Under the pieces are notes generated by a model that was not told the origin of the DNA, did no database searches, and was given only the letters and a program-made list of their open reading frames with translations. From NCBI GenBank assembly GCA_963611795.1, contig CAVDSZ010000001.1:211501-275500 (forward strand): 64,000 bases of DNA, in the 5' to 3' direction. A program made the translations under genes and the position numbers. Numbering within the stretch: the first letter of the stretch is position 1; the number at the start of each line of letters is the position of its first letter. Source of the stretch: Akkermansia muciniphila (lineage in GTDB: Bacteria; Bacillota; Clostridia; Oscillospirales; CAG-272). Of the stretch, positions 9,021-18,738 are shown one piece after another.

Positions 9021-10244
9021 ATGGAACCTATCCATACTTTGCATGAATCTCTCGAAACGCCGGTGCGTTATCGCCCGGATGTTCTCGTCGTCGGCGGCGG
9101 TTTTGCCGGAATCGCGGCGGCGCTCGCCGCCGCCCGCCTCGGGCGGCATGTCCTGCTCGCGGAACGTGCCTATATGCTCGGCGGGCTCGGCACCGCCGGG
9201 CTGATTGCCATTTACCTCCCAATCTGCGACGGTACCGGCAGACAGGTCTCGTTCGGGCTCGCCGAGGAACTCCTGCGCCTCTCTATTGCCGACCACTATG
9301 ACGGCATACACGGGACGGACTGGCTCGTGAATCGCGCCCCCGACCGCGCTACCCGCGCAAAGGGAAAACGCTTTGAGGTGGAATACAATCCACAACTGTT
9401 TGCCGCCGGTGTGGAGGCGGTACTACTCGAAGTCGGTGTGCAGATTCTCTATGGCGTGAATGCCGTCGCCGCCCGTCTTGAGGGCGACCGCGTCACTGCC
9501 GTGATGTTCGAGGGAAAAGGCGGCCGTTTCGCCGTTGCGCCCCGCATGGTCGTAGATGCCTCCGGTGACTGTGATATCGCGCACTTTGCCGGACTGCCGA
9601 CGGCGACCTATGCTCCCGGGAATCGTCTCGCGGCGTGGTACTATCGCTACGGCAAGAGCGGCTACGCCCTCAAAATGATGGGTATGGTCGATCAGACGGA
9701 AGAGGAACGCAAAAGAAACCCGTATGCCGACCTTTCGGCACGCTCTTTCTCGGGACTCACGGCGGAGGAACTCTCGGAGATGACCTGCCTCGCGCACGCG
9801 TCTGTCCTCCGCGATGTCCGCGAGCAGCAGAAGAGCGACCCGGCGTGGGAGCCCGTCACGCTGGCGACCATTCCGCAGGTACGTATGACCCGTCGCCTCG
9901 TAGGTGCTTATACGCTCGACGAGAGCGAGGTACATACTCCGATGACGGACTCCGTCGGTATGGTTGCCGACTGGCGCCGCCGCGGTCCTGTCTACGAGGT
10001 GCCGTTCGGCACGCTGTATTCCCCCGCCTGTGCGAATCTCGCGGCCGCCGGGCGGTGCACCTCCGTTACGGACGCTATGTGGGACGCCATGCGTGTCATT
10101 CCGTGTTGCAGTGTGACAGGGCAGGCGGCGGGTACTGCCGCCGCCATAGCGGATGACCTCCGCACACTCCCCCCGTCCTCTTTGCAAAAGAATCTGACAG
10201 AAGCCGGGGTCGTCCTCCACGAAAGAGACCTGCCCGAGGACTAA
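9021..10244 (+). CDS. FAD-dependent oxidoreductase (PF12831-like)
   Basis: Dinucleotide-binding motif DVLVVGGGFAGIAAALAAARLG and a C-terminal AGRCTS...TGQAAGTAAAIA. Paralogous to 19881-21212. Confidence 0.7.
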   Translation: MEPIHTLHESLETPVRYRPDVLVVGGGFAGIAAALAAARLGRHVLLAERAYMLGGLGTAGLIAIYLPICDGTGRQVSFGLAEELLRLSIADHYDGIHGTDWLVNRAPDRATRAKGKRFEVEYNPQLFAAGVEAVLLEVGVQILYGVNAVAARLEGDRVTAVMFEGKGGRFAVAPRMVVDASGDCDIAHFAGLPTATYAPGNRLAAWYYRYGKSGYALKMMGMVDQTEEERKRNPYADLSARSFSGLTAEELSEMTCLAHASVLRDVREQQKSDPAWEPVTLATIPQVRMTRRLVGAYTLDESEVHTPMTDSVGMVADWRRRGPVYEVPFGTLYSPACANLAAAGRCTSVTDAMWDAMRVIPCCSVTGQAAGTAAAIADDLRTLPPSSLQKNLTEAGVVLHERDLPED

Positions 10245-10306
10245 TCAACCCTGCGGACGCAGAGGACGGCAATCCGCGTTTATCCATCTGTCCTCATGCA
10301 AAAAGG

Positions 10307-10337
10307 AAAAACGCACGGCAATTGCCGTGCGTTTTTG
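10307..10337. terminator. bidirectional terminator
   Basis: AAAA-ACGCACGGCAATTGCCGTGCGT-TTTT perfect palindromic hairpin between convergent genes. Confidence 0.7.
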
Positions 10338-10344
10338 TATGCGG

Positions 10345-11325
10345 TTAAGATTTCTTTTCGGACTCGCGCGGCAGATGCTCGGCACCGACCGTCTGCCCGC
10401 CGACGGCGGGCGCCGCGCCGGATTCCTCAGGTGCGGGGAGGGGGGCGATACCGGTGACGCCGTCCTTCGGAGAGGTGTCTGTGTTTTCGGCTTTTGCCGG
10501 CTTTCGCTCCGCGACTTCGCCACCGTGGCGGTGCACGCAGGCGACCATCTGTTCATAGGCGCGCTCGCTGATTTGCGCGTCGGTATGGGCGGAGACGAAA
10601 CCGCTGTCAATGCAGTCGAGAATCTCCATTTCCACGCGGGTCGGGCGCCAAGGCATATTGTGAAAGACGCGGTCTGTCCCCTGGATATGCAGGACGAGGA
10701 CGGGGGCTTTCGCCCGCGCGGCGGAATGGAACACGCCGCTGTGAAAGGGGAGAAGTTTGCCCGTGCGACTGCGCGTCCCCTCGGGGAAAACACCATAGCA
10801 CATTCCGCACTCCGCGATGCGCCGCGCCGTCTCGTTGACGGTGGTGACGGCGTTCCGCGCGTTCGAGCGGTCAATGGCGAGGAATCCGCTGTTCCAGAGA
10901 TATCTGCCGATGATTGGAATCCGGAAATTCTCCGGCTTGGAGATGAAGGAAATGGGATAGTGCCGCAGCTTGACAATCATCAGCATATGGTCGAAATTCG
11001 AGAGGTGATTGCATACGAGCAGGAAAGACGTACCGCGCGGCGGCAGAAGCTCACGTCCCGTGACGCGACAGCGAATCCGCATGAATGCGAGCCCGATGGT
11101 GTATGCCTCGACGAGCATGAACCGCGCGAAACGGCTCGGCTTCTTGGGGATTCGTTTTTTGGACAGAAAAGGCGCGGCGAGAATCCCGAAGACGAACAGG
11201 AGCGCGAGCATCGCGGCAAAGTACAAAAGGAAAAAGAGCGGGGCAAACGCCGGGTGCGGCGGTGCATAGAGAGCGGTCAGAACCGCGCCGACGAGCGCCG
11301 TGACCAGTGAAAAAATCAGATACAT
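10345..11325 (-). CDS. plsC: 1-acyl-sn-glycerol-3-phosphate acyltransferase family protein
   Basis: Acyltransferase motifs NHLSNFDH (HX4D) and FPEGTRSRTG. N-terminal TM helix and a roughly 60-aa low-complexity C-terminal tail. Start set to ATG (complement of 11323-11325) rather than the track's TTG at 11337. Confidence 0.75.
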   Translation of the reverse strand: MYLIFSLVTALVGAVLTALYAPPHPAFAPLFFLLYFAAMLALLFVFGILAAPFLSKKRIPKKPSRFARFMLVEAYTIGLAFMRIRCRVTGRELLPPRGTSFLLVCNHLSNFDHMLMIVKLRHYPISFISKPENFRIPIIGRYLWNSGFLAIDRSNARNAVTTVNETARRIAECGMCYGVFPEGTRSRTGKLLPFHSGVFHSAARAKAPVLVLHIQGTDRVFHNMPWRPTRVEMEILDCIDSGFVSAHTDAQISERAYEQMVACVHRHGGEVAERKPAKAENTDTSPKDGVTGIAPLPAPEESGAAPAVGGQTVGAEHLPRESEKKS

Positions 11326-11333
11326 AATGTGGG

Positions 11334-11897
11334 TCAAACCTCCGTGGGCATATAGGTGGAGACCATGTTGGAGAGCAGTTCCGTCAGTTCGGTCAGCGGC
11401 ATCTTCTGCCCGGAGGCGAACCAGTCGCGGTAGGCACCGAATAATCCGCCGATGACGAACGAGATGACGTGACTGTGTTTCGGGGAGCGGCGGGGGATGT
11501 GCAGGTAGCGCATGATTTCACGCTTCATAATGATTTGGATATTCTGCGACAGAAACGCGTAGTTCGGCGCCGTGAAGATATCGCGGAACAAATCGGGATG
11601 CAGGGGGTATGCCTGTGCAAACAGTTCCACGAAGGTCGCGGCAGTGATTGGCTTTTTCTTCGCCCGTGCCTGCTCCATGTAGGCGGCAATCTGCTCTACA
11701 AATTCGTTAATCAAATCCCATCCCACGTCCTCAACCTTTTCGTAATGGGCATAGAAGGTCTTTCGGTTGACCTGCGCCGTCTCGGCGAGGAGAACCACCG
11801 TGATATCCTCCATTTCGCGGTCGCGGAGGAGGGTGATGAGCGCTTCTCGGATGGCGCGGCGCGTCTTGACCACGCGCTTATCCTGCGTGTTTTTCAT
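11334..11897 (-). CDS. TetR/AcrR family transcriptional regulator
   Basis: HTH region KTRRAIREALITLLRDREMEDITVVLLAETAQVNRKTFYAHY. Start trimmed to MKNTQDK, behind AGGAG. Its stop is 8 nt from the plsC ATG. Confidence 0.8.
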   Translation of the reverse strand: MKNTQDKRVVKTRRAIREALITLLRDREMEDITVVLLAETAQVNRKTFYAHYEKVEDVGWDLINEFVEQIAAYMEQARAKKKPITAATFVELFAQAYPLHPDLFRDIFTAPNYAFLSQNIQIIMKREIMRYLHIPRRSPKHSHVISFVIGGLFGAYRDWFASGQKMPLTELTELLSNMVSTYMPTEV

Positions 11898-12050
11898 GGC
11901 GGCTCCTTTCGGTAATAGCGAGCGTAACGGTATTATTATACACAATTGGAAAAAGAAAAACAACATACACGCGGGATTTTGTGCCACTATTTTGTCGCGA
12001 TTTTCGCCATATCACGTGCTTTTTGTGGCGCATGCGGCACGTCATACACA

Positions 12051-12080
12051 AAGAGGAGCCGAAGATGTCGGCTCCTCTTT
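12051..12080 (-). terminator. terminator hairpin downstream of alpha-galactosidase
   Basis: GAGGAGCCGA-AGATG-TCGGCTCCTC stem with a short U-run on the minus strand. Member of a recurring hairpin family in this window. Confidence 0.5.
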
Positions 12081-12092
12081 GAATTCTTCCGC

Positions 12093-14258
12093 TCACAGGC
12101 GGGTGACGGTATAGGTCAGTGACGCGAAGTCTGTCATACGGTGGACGGGGATAATAAGTCCGACCGCGGAGAGTGTTTTGCCCGAGAGGGTCAGCGTTTC
12201 GCCCATGGAACTCTCGACACGGTACAGCACGTCTGGCGTCAGACCGGGGATTGCGAGACGAAGCGGCGGGCAGTTGAAAACGCGCAGGAGTTGCATGACC
12301 GTGACATGGGCACGACTGCCGTCCTTCGCGACGAGCGCCACCGCGAACTGACGGTCTCCGTACGGATCGGCGAGCCGATAGAAGTCGCCGGAGAGGACGA
12401 GGTCCTCCATCTCGTGATAGTCGGCAATCTGCCCCGGCACGGCGGCGAGATCTTCGTCGCTCATGGCGCTGGTGTCCAGTTCATACCCGGTCGCGCCGAG
12501 GTGGGCGATGCGGGCGCGCGTCGCCCACGGGGTGATGCGGCGCGTCGTATGATTCGGGCAGACGGACGCGTGGCAGGACATTGCCGAGAGGGGATAGCAG
12601 AAGGACGTACCCCATTGAATCCGTGTCCGCATGGCGGCGTCGGTATCGTCGGACGTCCAAATCTGCGGGAAGTAGGCGAGAATCGCGGGGTCAAACCGCG
12701 CTCCGCCGCTGGAACAGCCCTCGAAAAAGATTCCCGGGTGTGCCGCGACGATGCGCTCGAAGAGGTCGTAGAGCCCGAGGGCGTAGCGGTGAGCGAACTC
12801 GCCCTGCCGACCCGCCGGGAGAGAAGAGGAATACATTTCCGTCACATAGCGGTTGCAGTCCCACTTCACATAGTCGATGTCGTGGGAGTCGAGAATGCCG
12901 TTTACACACTCGACGATATAGTCGCGTACCTCGGCGCGCGTGAGGTCGAGTACCAACTGGTTCCGCGCTTCGGTGACGGGATAGCCGGGGGCGTGGATTG
13001 CCCAGTCGGGGTGGGCACGGTAGAGGTCGGAGTCCGGGTTGACCATTTCCGGCTCGAACCACAGACCGAATTTCATGCCTTTTTCATGCGCGTGTTCGAT
13101 GATGGGATTCAGCCCGCCGACGAGTTTCTTCGTGTTGACGAACCAGTCGCCGAGCCCCGAGTGATCGTCGTCCCGCTTACCGAACCAGCCGTCGTCGAGG
13201 ACGAAGGTGTCGATGCCGGTGCCCGCCGCCGCATCGATGATAGCGAACAGTTTGTCGCGGTCGAAGTCGAAATAGGTCGCCTCCCAGTTGTTGATGACGA
13301 CGGGGCGGCGCATGGTGGCGAAACGCGCGGGAATCAGGTGCGCACGGTAGGTGTCGTGGAAGATGCGGGACAGGTGTCCGAGCCCCTCGCCGGAGTAGGC
13401 GATGACCGCCTCCGGGGTCTGGAACGTGTCGCCCGGGCGAAGCTCCCACGTGAAGCCGAAGTCGTTAATGCCCCCGGCGACACGCACGCGACCGTGCTGT
13501 GCCGTCTCGGCGAGCAGACGGTAGGAAGAGGAATAGACGAGGTTGACGCCATAGACGTCGCCGTGCGTTTCATCGGCGCCGGCGGTCATCACGGCGAGGA
13601 ACGGGTTCTGGGTCGCGGAGGAGGTGACGCGCTTGGAATTCACGGTAAAGATGCCGTGCCGGAGCGGGGTGCGCTCGGGGGCGCATTCCGCCGCCCAGGA
13701 ACCGGCGAGCGTCAGTGCCTCGTAGGTGTCGGCGGGGAGATCAAACGCAAAACTGAACGCGCGCTCGAGCGTCAGCGTATGTCCGCCGATATTTTCGAGC
13801 CGCACGGAGCGCGTCAGCGCCGCCGTATCGGTAAAGAGCGTGTAGAGCAGGACGGCACGCAGTCCCTTTTCCGCGTCCTCGAACGTGACCTCCAGCGTCT
13901 CTCCGCCAAAGGTGGAGGGCAGCCCCTCGAGGCGCGGCTCGGGAATGACGCGATAGCCTTTGTAGGTCAGACCGAGGAGGGCGTTGCCGCTCTCGTCACG
14001 TACCCCGAGCATCGGTTCACGGAAGTCGCCGCGACCGTAGGTCGGGAGCTCGGCGGCAATGTGATTCTCGCTGGTCTTGCCCGGCAACTGCGCGTCGCAA
14101 CTCGTCCCGGAAATCCAGCGCGTATAGCGCAGGTCGTCGCGCGGAATCCGCGCGCCGAACCACAGATGTTCGGGGAGCCCGTTTTCTACGGTGAAGGCGT
14201 AGGTAATCTCGTCGTTTTCGAGATAGAAAGTTTTGGTGGTTTCTTCAAAGTGTAGCAT
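12093..14258 (-). CDS. alpha-galactosidase (GH36)
   Basis: About 720 aa with GH36 hallmarks FVLDDGWFGKRDDD and YVKWDCNR. Start trimmed to MLHFEETTKTFYLEN, behind GAGGA. Confidence 0.85.
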   Translation of the reverse strand: MLHFEETTKTFYLENDEITYAFTVENGLPEHLWFGARIPRDDLRYTRWISGTSCDAQLPGKTSENHIAAELPTYGRGDFREPMLGVRDESGNALLGLTYKGYRVIPEPRLEGLPSTFGGETLEVTFEDAEKGLRAVLLYTLFTDTAALTRSVRLENIGGHTLTLERAFSFAFDLPADTYEALTLAGSWAAECAPERTPLRHGIFTVNSKRVTSSATQNPFLAVMTAGADETHGDVYGVNLVYSSSYRLLAETAQHGRVRVAGGINDFGFTWELRPGDTFQTPEAVIAYSGEGLGHLSRIFHDTYRAHLIPARFATMRRPVVINNWEATYFDFDRDKLFAIIDAAAGTGIDTFVLDDGWFGKRDDDHSGLGDWFVNTKKLVGGLNPIIEHAHEKGMKFGLWFEPEMVNPDSDLYRAHPDWAIHAPGYPVTEARNQLVLDLTRAEVRDYIVECVNGILDSHDIDYVKWDCNRYVTEMYSSSLPAGRQGEFAHRYALGLYDLFERIVAAHPGIFFEGCSSGGARFDPAILAYFPQIWTSDDTDAAMRTRIQWGTSFCYPLSAMSCHASVCPNHTTRRITPWATRARIAHLGATGYELDTSAMSDEDLAAVPGQIADYHEMEDLVLSGDFYRLADPYGDRQFAVALVAKDGSRAHVTVMQLLRVFNCPPLRLAIPGLTPDVLYRVESSMGETLTLSGKTLSAVGLIIPVHRMTDFASLTYTVTRL

Positions 14259-14494
14259 GCTTGTATCCTCGCATATCACATTTTACGCCAGTAGTGTACC
14301 ATACTCCCGTGCCTCCGTCAATCACTAAACGGTGGATTTTACGTGTTTTTTGTGCCTGCATTTAGCAGATTGCCCGAAAATTTCCGCTACGCGCGATGTG
14401 CATGCGCGCCCGTTGACAAAGATGTGGGTTCGTGCTATGCTAACGTTGCAAGGTTCCGCCGACCGCGGAGCCGAAACGTAAGGAGGATAGAATC

Positions 14495-16216
14495 ATGAAA
14501 CGTATTTTGGCATCACTGCTTTGCCTGTTGCTCGTGCTATCGATTGCGCTTGCATTTGTCGCCTGCGACAGCGTAGCGGGGACGCTCCCCGATGACGGCA
14601 ACAAAGACACGACCCCAATCCCCGACGATAAACCGACGGATACGAAGAAACCCTATACCGAGGAAGAAGCAAAGACCGCGCTCGTCGCGATGACTGCACA
14701 ACTCGGCACGAAGAAGAATTTTGCCACAGACCTGACGATTACCGTCGGTACGAAACAGAACGGCGTGAACGGCTCAATCGAGATTCCCGTGTCGATTGAG
14801 GCGGATACCGAAGCGCCGCTGTATCACGCGAGCGTCACGATTCCCGGTGCAATCATGGCTCTTCTTGACAAGGGCAATAGCGCTCTGACCTGCGAGATTT
14901 ATGTGACGCCCGACGGGCTCTACGTCGGCACCGACGGCAATGTGACCGATGACCTCGGTAATCCCGTGATGGCTTACCTGTATGAGCCGAAATTCACGAC
15001 CGGCACCATTGCGGAGATTATCGCATGGCTGGCGCAAGACGACAGCGGAGCGGACGTACCCGGCACCGACGAAGGCACGACAGAGAATCCGACCTCGCCC
15101 GTGATTCCGGATACCGATTTGCCCGGCTTTATCGCTCGTCCCAAGACGGAACTGAAACTTGTCGACGGCGAGAACGGCGGTTATCTCCTGACGGCATCGG
15201 TCGATGTAAAGGATTTCCTGAACGCAATCCTGTCGATGATGCCGAACCTTCTGCAGGTCTCTCCGAAAACGATTGCCGCACAGTACCTCACGGGTGAGGT
15301 GCTCGCGACCATCGGCGAAATGACCGTCTCCGATGTGCTGACGCTGATTGACGGCTATATCGGAGAAGAAAAGACCGATGCGATTCTTGAGATGGTGATG
15401 AATGCCATGGCATCTGTCAAGCAGGAAAACACCGACGGAGACGTTACGGAAGAGCCGGAAGTATCCGAGGTTCGCGCGGCGTTCCTTTCGATGTTCGGCG
15501 ACAGCAAGGTCGTCGAAGTGGTTCTCGGCTTCATCGGAAACGAGAATGGCAACGCCCCCACCTATGACCCCGACATGACCGAAGAGCAGACAGCGGCGTT
15601 CTATGAGGCGCTTGCGGAGGCGCTCCTCGAGATGATTCCTGACGAAGAAATCGGTAAGATTACCGTTCCCGGCACGGAAATGACGATTGGCGATCTTCTC
15701 AAAGGGTTGATTTTCACCGATTGCCATGCGTCCGTGACGTTCACACTGACGGACACGTATCTGCCGACCGCTGTCAAGGCGGTAGCGGCCGCGGCAATCC
15801 TGAAGACGCCCAAAGCCACCTATGCCTTTACGGTGACTGCCGCGGCAACGCTTTCTTTTGACGGAAACGTCACGCTGCCGGAAAAAATGCTCGTGCTGCC
15901 GGCGGAAGATACTTACCGCGCCTCTGCCGAGGGGGATAACCTGACGGTCACCGTCTCGTACTTTTCCGATGATTTCCGGATTGCCTCCGCGACCATTGTC
16001 TACCTCAACGGAGAAGCGGTGGACATCAAAGCCACCGTTGACGAGGAGACCAAGACCATCACGTTTACCGGCATTCCGCAGGCATATGTCGACGGTGAAG
16101 CACAAATTATGACGTTTGACGTCGAGGTGGTATTTACCTGTACGGTCGGCGAGAGAACCTATCAGTATACCTTGCTCCGGACGGAGCAGTATCATCCGAC
16201 GACCGCCGGCGCATGA
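14495..16216 (+). CDS. acidic lipoprotein of unknown function
   Basis: Signal peptide plus lipobox (LALAFVAC-DS). Asp/Glu/Thr-rich 573-aa protein. GGAGGA lies upstream. No family recognised. Confidence 0.6.
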   Translation: MKRILASLLCLLLVLSIALAFVACDSVAGTLPDDGNKDTTPIPDDKPTDTKKPYTEEEAKTALVAMTAQLGTKKNFATDLTITVGTKQNGVNGSIEIPVSIEADTEAPLYHASVTIPGAIMALLDKGNSALTCEIYVTPDGLYVGTDGNVTDDLGNPVMAYLYEPKFTTGTIAEIIAWLAQDDSGADVPGTDEGTTENPTSPVIPDTDLPGFIARPKTELKLVDGENGGYLLTASVDVKDFLNAILSMMPNLLQVSPKTIAAQYLTGEVLATIGEMTVSDVLTLIDGYIGEEKTDAILEMVMNAMASVKQENTDGDVTEEPEVSEVRAAFLSMFGDSKVVEVVLGFIGNENGNAPTYDPDMTEEQTAAFYEALAEALLEMIPDEEIGKITVPGTEMTIGDLLKGLIFTDCHASVTFTLTDTYLPTAVKAVAAAAILKTPKATYAFTVTAAATLSFDGNVTLPEKMLVLPAEDTYRASAEGDNLTVTVSYFSDDFRIASATIVYLNGEAVDIKATVDEETKTITFTGIPQAYVDGEAQIMTFDVEVVFTCTVGERTYQYTLLRTEQYHPTTAGA

Positions 16217-17067
16217 CTTACGAACGGCATTTGCTCCGACTGCTCTGCGTCGTACTGCTGCTGACCCTGACCGGTTCCGCCGTTGCCTGCGGGGAGAAAC
16301 CCGCCGTGGGGGATTTGACCGGCGTGTTCATGGATGTCGGAAAAGCCGATGCAATCCTTCTGTATACAGCCGATAAGACGATTCTGGTCGACACAGGCTA
16401 CAAAGAGAGCTACACGACGGTGGAGCGGGTGCTGAAACGAGAGGGAAAGCGCCGCATCGATTATCTGATTCTTACACACTTTGACAAGGATCATATCGGT
16501 GGCGCCCCCGCCCTCCTCGACGCATTCGAGGTGGGGGAGGTTTTGCTCCCCGACTTTACGGCGGAGAGCGAGGCATACACGGCGCTGACCGCCGCTCTCG
16601 ACCGCTCGGGGGTGGCCGTGACGCGCCTGACCGAGGCGCGCACGCTCCCGCTCGCGGACGGCTGTGCCGCACGCGTTCTGCCGACGCACCTCACGGGGCT
16701 GACGGACGCGGACGCGAACGACACGTCTCTCATCACCGAGGTGACGTATGACGGCTTTGGGCTGCTCCTGCTCGGTGACGCGCTGAAAAGCCGCGTGGAA
16801 GAATACGCCGACGAAATGCAGGGGACGTTCCAGGTCGTCAAGACGCCGCACCACGGCGACTACTTCAAGGCACTGAGAGCGCTGCTCGGTCGCGCGGATG
16901 CAAAGCACGCGATTGCCTGTGCCGACGGTTCCGAGCGCGAGGTGGAGGCGAAATATGAGCAAATGTGCCGGGAGATGGGCATTACCTCCTTCCGCACCGA
17001 TGCGGGTGAGATTCGCCTGACTTTTACGCAATCGACCGGAAATTACCTGCTCTCACAGGGAGGATAA
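16213..17067 (+). CDS. MBL-fold metallo-hydrolase lipoprotein (ComEC C-terminal-domain-like)
   Basis: Lipobox GSAVAC. DVGKADAILL...ILVDTG...LILTHFDKDHIGG matches an MBL-fold HxHxDH variant. Its ATG overlaps the upstream stop (ATGA). Confidence 0.7.
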   Translation: MTYERHLLRLLCVVLLLTLTGSAVACGEKPAVGDLTGVFMDVGKADAILLYTADKTILVDTGYKESYTTVERVLKREGKRRIDYLILTHFDKDHIGGAPALLDAFEVGEVLLPDFTAESEAYTALTAALDRSGVAVTRLTEARTLPLADGCAARVLPTHLTGLTDADANDTSLITEVTYDGFGLLLLGDALKSRVEEYADEMQGTFQVVKTPHHGDYFKALRALLGRADAKHAIACADGSEREVEAKYEQMCREMGITSFRTDAGEIRLTFTQSTGNYLLSQGG

Positions 17068-17136
17068 TATTTCCTTTTCTACCGTGCGGCAGGGAAAAAC
17101 AAGTCCGAAAAGCCATTAAAATCGGCATAACAGGGG

Positions 17137-17167
17137 AGGCGTTTCCACTTCTGGAAACGCCTTTCTT
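17137..17167 (+). terminator. rho-independent terminator
   Basis: AGGCGTTTCCA-CTTC-TGGAAACGCCT followed by TTCTT. Confidence 0.55.
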
Positions 17168-17259
17168 GATTGCCTCCGATTCCCACTTGCTCCGCGGGCT
17201 GGGAGCAGGTACAATAAAAACACCCCTTTTTTGGAGGGAAACGGGAAAAGGAGGATACA

Positions 17260-18096
17260 ATGTATCGGAAAATCAAAAAAGGAACCGTCTTGCTCCTGGT
17301 CTTGGCGGTGCTGGTCTCGGCGCTGGCGCTGACACCCGTCGCGGCGGGCACGGACAGTGACTCGGCGGTGACACTCCGCCAGGGGAGCCGGACGCTTGAC
17401 GTCACAGGCAGGCGAATCGAGGGGAAGACGTTCGTACCGCTGAAGTCCTTCACGGCACTGTTCACCAAGGTTACATATCGTTATGATACCTCGACCGCTT
17501 ACGCGACGCTGACAGCACCGGGGCTTGTCATCGAGGCAGGGCGCGGGGCGACCTATTTCTTCGCCAACGAACGATGCCTATACGGCGTCGCCGCCAACCG
17601 GCTGATTGACGGGGAGCTGTGGGTGCCGCTGAACCCGCTCGCGAAAGCCTTGGGGCTGACGCTTGGCGGCTCGGACACGTCGACCTCCCGCACGGTTTCG
17701 GGGAGTTGCCGGGCACTGACCCCGGCGAGCGCGTACTATGACGCCGGCGAGCTATACTGGCTCTCCCGCATCATTTCGGCAGAAAGTCGGGGCGAGCCGA
17801 TTCGCGGACAGATTGCGGTCGGGAACACGGTGCTGAACCGCGTGCGCTCTTCGTCTTTCCCGAACACCGTCTACGGCGTCATTTTTCAGCGGGGGCAGTT
17901 CGCGCCGGTGCTGAACGGGACGATTTACAACACGCCCGCGTGGAGTTCCGTTGCCGCTGCCAAGATGTGTCTCGAAGGGTATGCAATCGACAATGGGACG
18001 CTGTACTTCTGCAGCGTGGCGACGTCCACGTCCTCGTGGATTGTAAAGAACCGCACACGCGCCTTTACCATCGGCGCACATACATTCTTCTACTGA
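17260..18096 (+). CDS. cell wall hydrolase (SleB/CwlJ Hydrolase_2 family) with N-terminal copper-amine-oxidase-like domain
   Basis: Signal peptide. C-terminal LYWLSRIISAESRGEPIRGQIAVGNTVLNRVRSSSFPNTVYGVIFQRGQFAP is the SleB-type catalytic domain. Confidence 0.75.
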   Translation: MYRKIKKGTVLLLVLAVLVSALALTPVAAGTDSDSAVTLRQGSRTLDVTGRRIEGKTFVPLKSFTALFTKVTYRYDTSTAYATLTAPGLVIEAGRGATYFFANERCLYGVAANRLIDGELWVPLNPLAKALGLTLGGSDTSTSRTVSGSCRALTPASAYYDAGELYWLSRIISAESRGEPIRGQIAVGNTVLNRVRSSSFPNTVYGVIFQRGQFAPVLNGTIYNTPAWSSVAAAKMCLEGYAIDNGTLYFCSVATSTSSWIVKNRTRAFTIGAHTFFY

Positions 18097-18100
18097 AAAA

Positions 18101-18135
18101 ACAAAGAGGAGCCGATTTTATCGGCTCCTCTTTGT
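18101..18135. terminator. bidirectional terminator
   Basis: ACAAAGAGGAGCCGA-TTTTA-TCGGCTCCTCTTTGT between convergent genes. Confidence 0.7.
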
Positions 18136-18180
18136 TCGCTTCGGCAAAACGGCAGATGACGTTGTCACCGCCGGAAAGAT

Positions 18181-18738
18181 TTAAGACAGGGGCGTCCCGT
18201 CCGCCTTGAAGAGCGGCAGAGGGGCGAGCACGGTGATATCGGTGCGGCTGATGGCTTCACCCTCCGCGAGGACTGCCATGCGACCGACGACCTCACCGCC
18301 CGCCTGCGCGACCAGTGCCTCGAGCGCCTCGAGCGAGGCACCTGTCGAGATGACGTCGTCGACGATGAGAACGCGCTTGCCTTTCATATAATCGGCGTCT
18401 GCGCCATCAAGGTACAGCGTCTGCTTGCCGGTCGTCGTGATGGATTGTACTTCGCATTTCATGACGTGGCTCATATACAGTTTCACGCTCTTGCGTGCGA
18501 GGATATAGCGACCTTTGCCGCTTTTGCGTGCCATGGAGCAGATAAGCGGAATTCCTTTGGATTCCGCGGTGATCATCACGTCAAAATCCGCGGGGGCGCG
18601 CCTTAAGAGTTCGTCCGCGCAGTATTCGGTGAGTTCGGTATCGCCGAACATGACGAAAGCACCGATGGACATGGTGTCGGAAATGGGGCAGAGGGGCAGG
18701 CGGCGCGTCATGGCGCCGATTTTGATGTCGTAAAACAT
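18181..18738 (-). CDS. phosphoribosyltransferase family protein (apt/xpt-like)
   Basis: PRPP-binding loop VLIVDDVISTGASLEAL. ATG (complement of 18736-18738) preferred over the track's TTG two codons upstream. Confidence 0.65.
   Translation of the reverse strand: MFYDIKIGAMTRRLPLCPISDTMSIGAFVMFGDTELTEYCADELLRRAPADFDVMITAESKGIPLICSMARKSGKGRYILARKSVKLYMSHVMKCEVQSITTTGKQTLYLDGADADYMKGKRVLIVDDVISTGASLEALEALVAQAGGEVVGRMAVLAEGEAISRTDITVLAPLPLFKADGTPLS

Noticed and set aside
12141-14255. 704-aa ORF on the plus strand.
   Set aside because: It is exactly antisense to the well-supported GH36 alpha-galactosidase. Its composition is Arg/Gly/Val/His-rich, there is no RBS and no recognisable motif. This is the typical shadow ORF of high-GC coding DNA.
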